Positions 1 through 8,505 of a stretch of DNA of 54,109 bases are shown piece by piece (positions within the stretch are counted from its first letter, which is position 1; each line of letters opens with the position of its first letter). Origin of the DNA: Promicromonosporaceae bacterium (GTDB lineage Bacteria; Actinomycetota; Actinomycetes; Actinomycetales; Cellulomonadaceae); contig WQZL01000001.1 in the NCBI GenBank assembly GCA_009780755.1, positions 1-54,109 of the forward strand, in the 5' to 3' direction. Under the pieces are notes generated by a model. It saw only the letters and a list, made by a program, of their open reading frames with translations, searched no databases and was not told the origin of the DNA. A program made the position numbers and the translations under genes.

Positions 1-165
1 AAAAACACCTTCGAAACACGAATAGAACCAGGATTCCCCTACTGGGCCGGCATCATCGGCACCGTCCTCATCGGCGCCAACTCCTCCGGACACCTAATAT
101 TCAAACCAAACAACCCCAACCACCCAAAAACCCACCACCACCACCCCCGACACTCCCGCAAATAA
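1..165 (+). CDS. 3' end of a CDS entering from the left edge (unknown product)
   Basis: Frame 1 is open from base 1 to TAA at 163-165 (KNTFETRIEPGFPYWAGIIGTVLIG...HHHHPRHSRK*). Strongly A/C-rich; convergent with the LuxR gene. Confidence 0.45.
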   Translation, partial: KNTFETRIEPGFPYWAGIIGTVLIGANSSGHLIFKPNNPNHPKTHHHHPRHSRK

Positions 166-206
166 ACAACCCTTCCTTTCGTCGTTCTGAAGCCATCTAG
201 CGGTTG

Positions 207-2846
207 CTAACTGCTCAGCACGCGGGTCATGTCGGTGCGGTTGTCCACGCCCAGCTTGCGGAAGACGCGATGCAAATGGTTCTCGACTGTGCGAACCGAG
301 ATGAGCAGGCGGCGAGCGATGTCCTGGTTGGTCAGACCGACCGCAGCCAGGCGGGCGATCTCGTCTTCACGGGCGGTCAGCTCGGCGCCTTCCGCGGCCG
401 AGCGCAGGCCCGCAGCGGCCTCCGCACCCCAAACTCCCAGGCGACGCTTGGCCTCCTCGTGTACCTCGGCCGCGCGCGTCGCGGCGCCCATCATCCGCAG
501 GGCCGAAAGTCCGGCCGTGTATGCCTGCGTTGCCGTCCAGATGATGCCATCCCTAGCATGATCGTTCGCTACCTCGATCATTGCCTCCGGGTCGCCAGAA
601 CACAGCGCCTGCACAAACTCATTGAACCGGGCCACTATCGGCGCCGGAATCCGTTCGGCCACTATGGCCAGCCGCCGCCCGCGCGCCACCGTCGGCTCTT
701 CAGCAACCGCCAACATGCCACAGAGGTACCCGCTGAGCAGATACCCGCTTGCCAGCAGCGAGTCAGCCTCGATCCACAGCCGATCAGCGGCCAGGGCACG
801 CGCCTGTGTCCGGGGCAGGTCGGCGCCATCAAGCCGAGCAATGGCCTGCGTGGGGGAGCCTAGCGGTACCGGGCCAGGGCCGATACGCAGTGCGAGCGCC
901 TGCCCGGCCAGGGCACGAGCCGTGCCGCCTCGCCCTTCCTCCACTGCCAGGTTCGCCGCCATCGAAAGCAACGCCACCAGGTGCGGACGGTGCAGGGCGG
1001 GCAGCACCGGGGCCGAAAGAACCGATCCCATAAGCGTACGCATATCCGTGACGCGCCCCCGCGTCACATACACCTGCGCCACCACGAAGGCGGCGCCAAC
1101 AATGCCCTCCACATCGTTTTCCGCCCGCGCCTGCCCCAGCAGCGCCTGGGCCTCGGCCAACGCCTCATCCAAGCGACCCTCAAGCAGCAGCGCCCAGGCG
1201 TGCGCGTTCATTCTTGTACGGCCAAAGGGGGTGGACATCTCCCCGAGTTTTTCGATGCTCTCTAAGGCTTCGGCAGAGCGCCCCTGAGTCAACAACAGTT
1301 CAATGCGGACCGACTCAACTATCTCCCTAGTATCGTCTTGGGCAGCCACCAGCTCTGCCGGGGTGGGCAGAGCGGTCGGGTCCATAGCCTGATCCACTAG
1401 CAGCACGATGAACGTCTCGATGGCGTCGATCAGTGAAACCCACTCGTCCGCCTCCTCGCGAGTCTGTTCGAGTACCGCCCGTACCGCTCCAAGATCGCGC
1501 TCGATGGAGCCTAAGTACAGGGCGTACCAGTTGTCGTAGCTGACCAGATCGCGAGTGCCGCCCGTGCGTGGTGTGGCCTCGCGTATTGCCCGCATTGCCT
1601 CGGCATCGGTGCCGGTGACGATCATGGTGCGAATGAGGGCAGAGGCCGTGCGTGGCGTCGGCGACTGTTCCCATTCGGAGCGCCTCACCAGCAGTTCACG
1701 ATGCCAATGCTCGGCCAGCAGTCGGTTGACGATGATGCCTGCCTCTCCGCCGGAATCCAACCGCCTGCGGTTTGTGGCCAACAGGTCAGATGAACCCGGT
1801 GGCCGCCAGGGGGAGGGGGTGGCACCAGCACCGGCGCGGGCGAGGCAGCCCGCCTCGCCGCCGAGTGCCGCGGTGACGGCCTCATCCACCTTCAGGTGCC
1901 GGGCGCCAATCAGCTTCTGCCGGAAGTATTCGACGATGGCCAAAGGGAACACCGACACCAGAACCTCATCATCCCTGGGCACGAACCGCAGCAGCTGGTA
2001 GCCGTCGAGAATCTCCAACACGTCCCACGGCACGAGGCGGCGGGCAGTGGCTACCTCGACGGTGCCGGCTAACGCCAGCGCGTGCAGACCGTTGATGGCC
2101 TTGGCGGGCAGGCGGCAGAGCAACGGTTCGACCACCCGTTCCATCTCCGGGTTCCACAGCTCGGAGCCGATAGTCCACACGCCGTTGAACTGCCTAAGGG
2201 AGCCGTGTAGGCGCGCCCCCTCGATCAGTGCGAGTGCCAAGGAGGGCAGGCCGCCGGAGGCGGCGAAGACGCGTCCCACCGCGGATGAATCGATCGACCC
2301 GCCAAGCGACTCGACCAGCAACGTCTGCATGTCCACGTAGTCCAGCTGCGGTACGTGCAAGGTGACCCCTGGTAGCACTGTTGCGCTAACTCGCGTCGGA
2401 GAGCGCAGCGTGCGCGGTACGGGCCTTGACGTGGTTAGCAGCGGGAACGGCTGTAGGGAGTGGGCGGCGGCAATCGCTCCGGCAGAAATCTCGTCAAGGT
2501 CGTCGGCATCGTCGATCACCAGTAACGTTGACCCGCCACGGACGGCGGCCAAGATACCTTGCACGGCGGCAGAGATGGCCGTGGTTGGCCCCTGCGGCGT
2601 ACCCTGCCGCAGCATCAGCCCGGCGATGGCCAAGGCTTCGAGGGGTCTATCCTTCAAGGCGGCGACACCGACGGCCTGAACTACCTGCCAACCTGCGTCT
2701 TCAATCTCGGCGGAGATGGCACGTGCTAGCAACGTGCGCCCAGTGCCGGGCGTTCCCAGGAGGTCGACGGAGGTACCAGAAATCAGGTGTTTTACAGCAT
2801 CATCGCGCACGTTGACGTGCAAGGCGAGCGGTGTCATAGAACTCAT
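207..2846 (-). CDS. Large ATP-binding LuxR-family (LAL/MalT-like) transcriptional regulator
   Basis: N-terminal P-loop-like GTPGTGRT and Walker B LLVIDDAD, helical middle region, C-terminal LuxR HTH (LTAREDEIARLAAVGLTNQDIARRLLISVRTVENHLHRVFRKLGV). Start ATG 2846 or 2837 preferred over 2921. Confidence 0.9.
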   Translation of the reverse strand: MSSMTPLALHVNVRDDAVKHLISGTSVDLLGTPGTGRTLLARAISAEIEDAGWQVVQAVGVAALKDRPLEALAIAGLMLRQGTPQGPTTAISAAVQGILAAVRGGSTLLVIDDADDLDEISAGAIAAAHSLQPFPLLTTSRPVPRTLRSPTRVSATVLPGVTLHVPQLDYVDMQTLLVESLGGSIDSSAVGRVFAASGGLPSLALALIEGARLHGSLRQFNGVWTIGSELWNPEMERVVEPLLCRLPAKAINGLHALALAGTVEVATARRLVPWDVLEILDGYQLLRFVPRDDEVLVSVFPLAIVEYFRQKLIGARHLKVDEAVTAALGGEAGCLARAGAGATPSPWRPPGSSDLLATNRRRLDSGGEAGIIVNRLLAEHWHRELLVRRSEWEQSPTPRTASALIRTMIVTGTDAEAMRAIREATPRTGGTRDLVSYDNWYALYLGSIERDLGAVRAVLEQTREEADEWVSLIDAIETFIVLLVDQAMDPTALPTPAELVAAQDDTREIVESVRIELLLTQGRSAEALESIEKLGEMSTPFGRTRMNAHAWALLLEGRLDEALAEAQALLGQARAENDVEGIVGAAFVVAQVYVTRGRVTDMRTLMGSVLSAPVLPALHRPHLVALLSMAANLAVEEGRGGTARALAGQALALRIGPGPVPLGSPTQAIARLDGADLPRTQARALAADRLWIEADSLLASGYLLSGYLCGMLAVAEEPTVARGRRLAIVAERIPAPIVARFNEFVQALCSGDPEAMIEVANDHARDGIIWTATQAYTAGLSALRMMGAATRAAEVHEEAKRRLGVWGAEAAAGLRSAAEGAELTAREDEIARLAAVGLTNQDIARRLLISVRTVENHLHRVFRKLGVDNRTDMTRVLSS

Positions 2847-2960
2847 TGTTACCCAAGATGGACACATTTGCTCGGCGCATGACCGGGCCGGGGCAAGCGT
2901 TAGGCGACATCCTCCCAACATCTGCCCCGAAAACCGCCTATGGTGTGTATTGAGGAAGGG

Positions 2961-3074
2961 ATGAACATGGAAGCCACCCGTAGTGCAGGGTTACGTCGAA
3001 CCGTTCGGCGCGACCTGTTGATCGGCCTCCTGTTCGCCGTCTTGTTGTGCCTGTCGATCTTCCAGGTTGGTTGA
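2961..3074 (+). CDS. Small single-TM peptide (37 aa), absent from the ORF track
   Basis: GAGGAAGGG immediately upstream of ATG 2961 (an in-frame ATG at 2967 has better RBS spacing). Sequence MNMEATRSAGLRRTVRRDLLIGLLFAVLLCLSIFQVG*. The stop abuts the RBS of the AraC gene. Confidence 0.5.
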   Translation: MNMEATRSAGLRRTVRRDLLIGLLFAVLLCLSIFQVG

Positions 3075-3087
3075 AAGGGAATGGTTG

Positions 3088-3918
3088 ATGCGCCCCGTTC
3101 TTGAGCGACGACGCACTGCTCGCTTTGGCGCGCACGTGGTCTCCCTGGTTCAGACCGGCCCCCTGCATCGTCGGGTGCCCGGAGACAATTTTGGGCACCC
3201 CTGGCGCTGCGTGCGACTGATGGTGGTGCTGGACGGCGAGATGACCATCAAGACGGCTGGCACCATTGAGGTGCTTGGACCGCGCGCGGCGGCGATGGCC
3301 GTTGGCTGGCGACCCATCGAATTCGCTTCGCCGGGGGCCACCATAATCGAGGTTGATGTGGCCGTGGGGCGCACCCCGATGCGCGGCACGTTCGATGAGA
3401 CCCCGCTGACCGTATGGGGTTCCGACACGGTGCTTCCGGCGGCAATGGCCTCGGCCTTGCGGGAGTTGCTGGTGCGCCCCGGCATCCCAGAAACGCGTGA
3501 GGAAGCCGTGCGCGTGGTGGAGTTCTTGGTGAGTTCGGTAATCACCTCACGCTCCGAGACTCGTTCGACGGCGCTGCTAGAGCAGGTTGAGCGCTCGCGG
3601 GTGATCCAGCACATCACTACCAACCACTGCAACCGAGACCTGACCCCGGCCACCATCGCGGAACACTTTGGGGTCTCCACGCGGACGCTGCACCGACTGT
3701 TTGAGGATGAGGGTCGCACGGTATGCGGCTGGATCGCCCACGAACGGCTGCGGTCGGCCCTGTCTCGCCTGCGGGATCCGCAGTATCAGACGATGACCCT
3801 CGAAGAGATCGCGAACAGCTGCGGGTACGGGAGCGCGCTCGCGCTGCGTCGAGCCATACAGGCCGCCACTGGTTCTACCCCCTCTGAGTTGCGGGGCAAG
3901 GCAGCGACGGCCAGCTGA
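3088..3918 (+). CDS. AraC-family transcriptional regulator
   Basis: C-terminal double HTH (LTPATIAEHFGVSTRTLHRLF...TLEEIANSCGYGSALALRRAIQAATGSTPSELR) and cupin-like N-terminus. RBS AAAGGGA 7 nt before ATG 3088. Confidence 0.88.
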   Translation: MRPVLERRRTARFGAHVVSLVQTGPLHRRVPGDNFGHPWRCVRLMVVLDGEMTIKTAGTIEVLGPRAAAMAVGWRPIEFASPGATIIEVDVAVGRTPMRGTFDETPLTVWGSDTVLPAAMASALRELLVRPGIPETREEAVRVVEFLVSSVITSRSETRSTALLEQVERSRVIQHITTNHCNRDLTPATIAEHFGVSTRTLHRLFEDEGRTVCGWIAHERLRSALSRLRDPQYQTMTLEEIANSCGYGSALALRRAIQAATGSTPSELRGKAATAS

Positions 3919-3953
3919 GTCGCTTGGCAGGCCGAGTTTCCGCCATCCCGACG

Positions 3954-4424
3954 CTATCCACAGGCGATTTCCACAGCGATGTGTGGACACGCCGGAAGGG
4001 AAATCGGGGTAGGTCCACCACCTGCGGGAAAGCGTTTTCGGGCAGTTTTCGCGAAACGTTTCGAGGCTCTTCGTTGGGCGTGTCGAGCAATTTCCGCCGA
4101 CGATTTGCGGATAACAATCCGATAACAACCGCCCGATCTTGGTTGGCGGATGATTACGAGCGGGCCGGAATGCGAGCTGTTGACCTGGGACGACGCTCGG
4201 CTGGCTTGAGGACTGGCTCTGTTTACCGGCGATGGTGCCTGCCGAGCGCTGCGGAGCTAGTTGTCACGATTAGCAAACCGCGCCGCCGGGGCACAGCCAA
4301 GAGATAGCATCGCCCAGGTGGCCGAGATCACATCTGCGACGGGCCATCGTTCACATCGCGCCCACAAGAGTTATACACAGGGCTGTTGAGCCGTTGGGGA
4401 TTCTGCCCGAATGGTTGTGGATAA
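3954..4424. promoter_or_regulatory. Cluster of DnaA-box-like 9-mers
   Basis: CTATCCACA 3954-3962, TGTGGACAC 3982-3990, TGCGGATAA 4106-4114, TTATACACA 4371-4379 and TGTGGATAA 4416-4424 (perfect TTATCCACA on the minus strand). Confidence 0.5.
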
Positions 4425-4501
4425 CCGGGCGGAACACCCCTGAGGGGGAAATTAGCCCTCGCTCAGTTTGCTTTTGCGGTGCCGGGCGACTAGAAAACAT
4501 G

Positions 4502-4856
4502 CTGGTTTCGGTTCGCGAAGCTCCGTCGCAGCGGGCGGTTAGTTTCAGCGACCGAGGCCACGGTCAACCGGAAAACGCCGGACCTATTCCTTCGCGAAAG
4601 CGTGGGACTGCGGGTGACGACGCAGCAGGTTCGGGCGCGGCCCGTGCGACCACCCGCGTCCTTTGGCTCTGGTTTCTGCTGCGTCGGCCTCGCTGATAGT
4701 GGCCGCAGTTTTACCCAGCGAGCCAAAGCGGTCCGTGACCGTCAATCCACGGCACCCGATCATGGGGAAGCGTCCGGTGGCCCTACAGGCACCCGAACGT
4801 TATGGGTGCGCGGCAGACCGTAGCCCCCGGATGACCTCCGGGGGCTACGGTCTTTT
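4502..4856 (+). ncRNA. Candidate structured non-coding RNA (family not assigned; 5' end approximate)
   Basis: No convincing CDS. Several long complementary segments (4619-4628/4676-4685, 4661-4669/4720-4728, 4545-4559/4686-4696), ending in a + strand intrinsic terminator. Confidence 0.4.
4815..4856 (+). terminator. Intrinsic terminator, probably bidirectional
   Basis: Perfect 16-bp stem AGACCGTAGCCCCCGG / CCGGGGGCTACGGTCT followed by TTT. It lies at the stop of the convergent phosphatase gene. Confidence 0.85.
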
Positions 4857-7081
4857 CACATACTTGCGCTGCGGGTTGGGGTGGATGCTTGCGGTCTGAT
4901 CTTGGCCCAGACAATCTTGCCGGAACCGGCGGGGCGCCAACCCCAATCGGCTAGCCGCTCAACGATCTGCATACCGAAGCCACCAACCTTGTTCGGGTGT
5001 CCATCCGTGGTGATCGGCGGGGCCGGGTTGGCATCCTCTACCTCGATGCGCAGGCCGTCATCGGTGTCGAATAGCCGCAGCTCAACGGAACCCCAGCCGT
5101 GCAACACACCGTTTGCCACCAGTTCAGAGACCACCAGCTCGGCCGAAGCCGACTCTGCCAGTCCCCACGCCTTGCAGGAGCGGATCACGGCCTGCCGCGC
5201 CCGACCAATTGACGCAGGCTCGCTAGGCAGCGCCCACCGGCGCGAGCGCGGACTGAGCGGGGGGTCCTCATCGTCCTCTTCGGGATTGGGTACGCGCACC
5301 ACGACGATGGCCACGTCATCCTCAGGTATGTCCACCATGCGGGAAAGAAGCTCTTCGCCGATCCCGGCCGAATCACGGACCGCGATATTCCCGGCAATCC
5401 TCAACAGCTGGTCAAAGCCGTCCTTCATGGGACGGTTACGCCGTTCGACGAGGCCATCGGTGTAAAAGACGAGTACATCGCCGGGACGCAGGGTATCGCT
5501 GGCCGTGGGACGCTCCGCGAGGCTAAAGCCCACCAGCGCGCCGCCGCCGCCATCTAGGGAGTGCACCACGCCATCTCGCAGCAGCAGGGGCGGCAGATGC
5601 CCGGCACGGGTGTATTCCAGCCGCCAGGGGTCATCGTCTCCGGTGCGCTGCACAGAGGCGAAAACCAAGGAGGCCGAACGCGGAATCCGCATACCCTTGA
5701 CCAGATGATCCACGCGATCCAGCATCGCGCCCGGAGTGGTCTGTGCCACCGCGCAGGAGCGCACCACCGACCTGATCTGGCCCATAGAGGCCGCCGCCTC
5801 CACATCATGGCCAACCACGTCGCCAATCACAATGCCTACGGCGCCCCCGTCAATGTCGAGTACGTCATACCAGTCGCCGCCCACCTGCGAATGCATGGAA
5901 CTCGGTGCGTAGTACGTCCACACATCGAGACCCACCACATCGGCCTGTTCGGGCAGCATGGCCCGCTGTAACGCCTCGGCTAGCTTGTATTCGCGGGCAT
6001 ACAGGCGGGCGTTGTCGATGGCCGTGCCGGTGCGGCGAGCGACCATCTCGATGACGGTGCGCGCATCGTCGTTATCGCCCTCAGCTTCGGCGGTGATTAG
6101 CAATCCCATAACCTGGCGTCGCCCGGCCACCGCGTGAACTTGCACCGCTTCCGGGGTGGAACCTAGGTCAGCCTTCATCCGTCGAAGCAGGTCGTGGCAG
6201 AGCCATCCTGAGGCGGAAAAGGCCGGATACTCGACGTTCAGCCGCAGCAGCACGGGACCGTCTACGATGCCGTCCAACAGGTCCTGTACCGCATCGACAA
6301 CCTCGGCGTCCCGCGCTTGGGGGTTGGTAGGTGAGGCCGCAGTGGCATCGCCTTTGCCTGGTCGGCGCGGAGCAATCCCCTCAATGTCTCGCATGTACCG
6401 GGTGTGTCGCCCCGCTCGGCCGTCGGACATGGCGGTGACAGCTATGCCTTCGGCGAATAACAGGCCGTCGTCGTTGATGTAGAACGCCGCCCAGGGCACC
6501 AGAGCCTGCAACAGCTCGGCCACGTCTCGCAAAGCTCGTGGATGCTCCAGATCGCTGAGCAGATCGGTAGCCTCGGCGATCAGGCTCAGATCGGTACGCT
6601 GCCGCCGCTCGAGGGCCAATGACCGCCGTTGATCCGATTGCTCCTTGACGTAGTGAGAAACATCGACCGCCTGCCCCAAGATGTGGGTAACCCGCCCCAC
6701 GCTGTCGTGGCGCGGCGTCAGGGTCACGTCCGCCCAGAACATCTTGCCGGCGACATTTTTGCAGCGCAAGGAGAAGGTGCCCCCCTTACCGGAGGTGAGC
6801 GCGGGTTCTAGCGCCAGCGCCGCTGCCGGGTCGGCGAGTACCCGTACCACCGGGCCGAGCGCGGCAATTTCGGCCGAATCGCCCAAGGGTTTGGCGCCGG
6901 GCGACAGGCCGGTGTGTCGCTCAAAGGCATGGTTGGTCCACAGCAGCGGCAACCCCTCGGCGGGGGAGCCAACCAGAAACATGCCGATGGTGGTGACATC
7001 CGCCAGCTCGGCTACCAGATCCCACACGGAAAATCCGTCGGGCAGCACCTGTCCGGCGGCAGATCCTTTTACCATTGCCAC
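4856..7081 (-). CDS. PAS-GAF-SpoIIE(PP2C) phosphatase with C-terminal HATPase (anti-sigma kinase-like) domain
   Basis: PP2C motifs VGGDWYD, IGDVVGHD, AGHLPP, FYTDGLVE and EDDVAI. C-terminal ELVVSELVANGVLHG...GGFGMQIV...GKIVWA. N-terminal PAS/PAC. Confidence 0.92.
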   Translation of the reverse strand: MAMVKGSAAGQVLPDGFSVWDLVAELADVTTIGMFLVGSPAEGLPLLWTNHAFERHTGLSPGAKPLGDSAEIAALGPVVRVLADPAAALALEPALTSGKGGTFSLRCKNVAGKMFWADVTLTPRHDSVGRVTHILGQAVDVSHYVKEQSDQRRSLALERRQRTDLSLIAEATDLLSDLEHPRALRDVAELLQALVPWAAFYINDDGLLFAEGIAVTAMSDGRAGRHTRYMRDIEGIAPRRPGKGDATAASPTNPQARDAEVVDAVQDLLDGIVDGPVLLRLNVEYPAFSASGWLCHDLLRRMKADLGSTPEAVQVHAVAGRRQVMGLLITAEAEGDNDDARTVIEMVARRTGTAIDNARLYAREYKLAEALQRAMLPEQADVVGLDVWTYYAPSSMHSQVGGDWYDVLDIDGGAVGIVIGDVVGHDVEAAASMGQIRSVVRSCAVAQTTPGAMLDRVDHLVKGMRIPRSASLVFASVQRTGDDDPWRLEYTRAGHLPPLLLRDGVVHSLDGGGGALVGFSLAERPTASDTLRPGDVLVFYTDGLVERRNRPMKDGFDQLLRIAGNIAVRDSAGIGEELLSRMVDIPEDDVAIVVVRVPNPEEDDEDPPLSPRSRRWALPSEPASIGRARQAVIRSCKAWGLAESASAELVVSELVANGVLHGWGSVELRLFDTDDGLRIEVEDANPAPPITTDGHPNKVGGFGMQIVERLADWGWRPAGSGKIVWAKIRPQASTPTRSASM

Positions 7082-7212
7082 TCCGTTCGGGGATCGAATC
7101 GAGCCAGGTCTGTTGCGACTGACCCACTAACCGTAGTGTGATACTCGTAATTTGTGTGGTAGGCCGGAAAAAGCCCGCTACGCTGGTTCTGCAAGAGCAT
7201 CGAGGAGGAATC

Positions 7213-7575
7213 GTGTCCGATCAAGTGCATGACGCCGTGGCGACGCCAGATGTTGGCGAACCGGCAACCGTTCATCTGATCGTCGGATCGTCGCGGGCAC
7301 GCATCGTGCTCTCCGGCGAGATTGACGCAGATATTGGCCCCGAGTTGACGGAGGCCACCGACGAAGCAGATGCCACCGGGCTGCCCGTGGAGGTGGACGC
7401 GCATCACGTCACATTCATGGACTCCTCCGGAGTGGCGTTCCTTGCCCGAATGGCCACCCGGATGCCGGGCCGCGTCTCGATCCTGCGCGCCCCACCCACC
7501 GTGAAGTTCCTGCTGGAAGTCACCCGCATTGGCGACCTGCTAGAGATCGTGGATGAATCCCGCGACTTCGACTAA
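7213..7575 (+). CDS. STAS-domain anti-sigma factor antagonist
   Basis: LSGEIDAD...VDAHHVTFMDSSGVAFL phosphorylation motif. RBS GAGGAGG before GTG 7213. Divergent from the PP2C/HATPase gene. Confidence 0.9.
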   Translation: MSDQVHDAVATPDVGEPATVHLIVGSSRARIVLSGEIDADIGPELTEATDEADATGLPVEVDAHHVTFMDSSGVAFLARMATRMPGRVSILRAPPTVKFLLEVTRIGDLLEIVDESRDFD

Positions 7576-7609
7576 CCCTCACCCCCGTAACATCGGGCAC
7601 AATAGGCAG

Positions 7610-8452
7610 ATGAGCGGCTTGCCTATCCCCAATATTCCCCTGAACAACGGCGTGGAGATTCCGCAGCTCGGGTTCGGCACCTACAAGGTGCCTAAGGACG
7701 AGGCCACCACCCTGGTGGCCAGGGCGCTCGAAATCGGCTACCGGCAGGTGGACACCGCGCAGATGTACCGCAACGAGCGCGCGGTGGGGCAGGGCATCGC
7801 GGCCTCGGGCGTGCCGCGCGCCGAGGTATTCCTCACCACCAAGCTAAACAACGCCTTTCATCGACATGGCGACGCGCTCGCGGCCTTCGACCGGTCGTTG
7901 ACCGAGTTGGGCACCGATTACGTGGACCTGTTCTTGATCCACTGGCCGCTGCCCGCTATCGACCTGTACCCCGAGGCGTGGGGCGCGTTGGAAGAGATCT
8001 ACGCCTCGGGGCGGGCGCGGGCCATCGGCGTCTCGAACTTCCAACCGAACCACCTGGCCCGCATCATCGAAACCGGCACGGTGATTCCGGCCGTAAACCA
8101 GATCGAGGTGCACCCCTACATGACGCAGGCCGACGTGCGCGTCGTCAATGCGGCTCACGGCATCGTCACGCAGGCTTGGTCGCCGCTAGGGCGGGCGGCC
8201 GTACTCGACGATGCAGTGATTTGCGGCATCGCCGCGCGCTACGGGGTGACGCCCGCCCAGGCGGTGCTGAGATGGCATATCCAGCGTGGCGATGTAATTA
8301 TCCCGAAATCGTCGTCACCGGCGCGGCTGGCGCAAAACGCCGACCTCTTCGGTTTTGAGCTAACCGATGATGACATGGCAGCCATCACCGTGTTGAACCA
8401 GAACCGCCGCCGCGGCTCCCACCCCGACGACGAAAACCGCCTCGACCGTTAG
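7610..8452 (+). CDS. Aldo/keto reductase (2,5-diketo-D-gluconate reductase-like)
   Basis: LNNGVEIPQLGFGT, GYRQVDTAQMYRNE, DYVDLFLIHWP, AIGVSNF, NQIEVHP and IPKS motifs. Confidence 0.93.
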   Translation: MSGLPIPNIPLNNGVEIPQLGFGTYKVPKDEATTLVARALEIGYRQVDTAQMYRNERAVGQGIAASGVPRAEVFLTTKLNNAFHRHGDALAAFDRSLTELGTDYVDLFLIHWPLPAIDLYPEAWGALEEIYASGRARAIGVSNFQPNHLARIIETGTVIPAVNQIEVHPYMTQADVRVVNAAHGIVTQAWSPLGRAAVLDDAVICGIAARYGVTPAQAVLRWHIQRGDVIIPKSSSPARLAQNADLFGFELTDDDMAAITVLNQNRRRGSHPDDENRLDR

Positions 8453-8505
8453 CCCCATCGGCTATCTGCGACCCCGGCCAGAGCAACCACCTAGACTTGC
8501 GGGTC

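Noticed and set aside
3954..4424. Chromosomal origin oriC
   Set aside because: No dnaA, dnaN or rpmH adjacent, few boxes and no clear AT-rich unwinding element.
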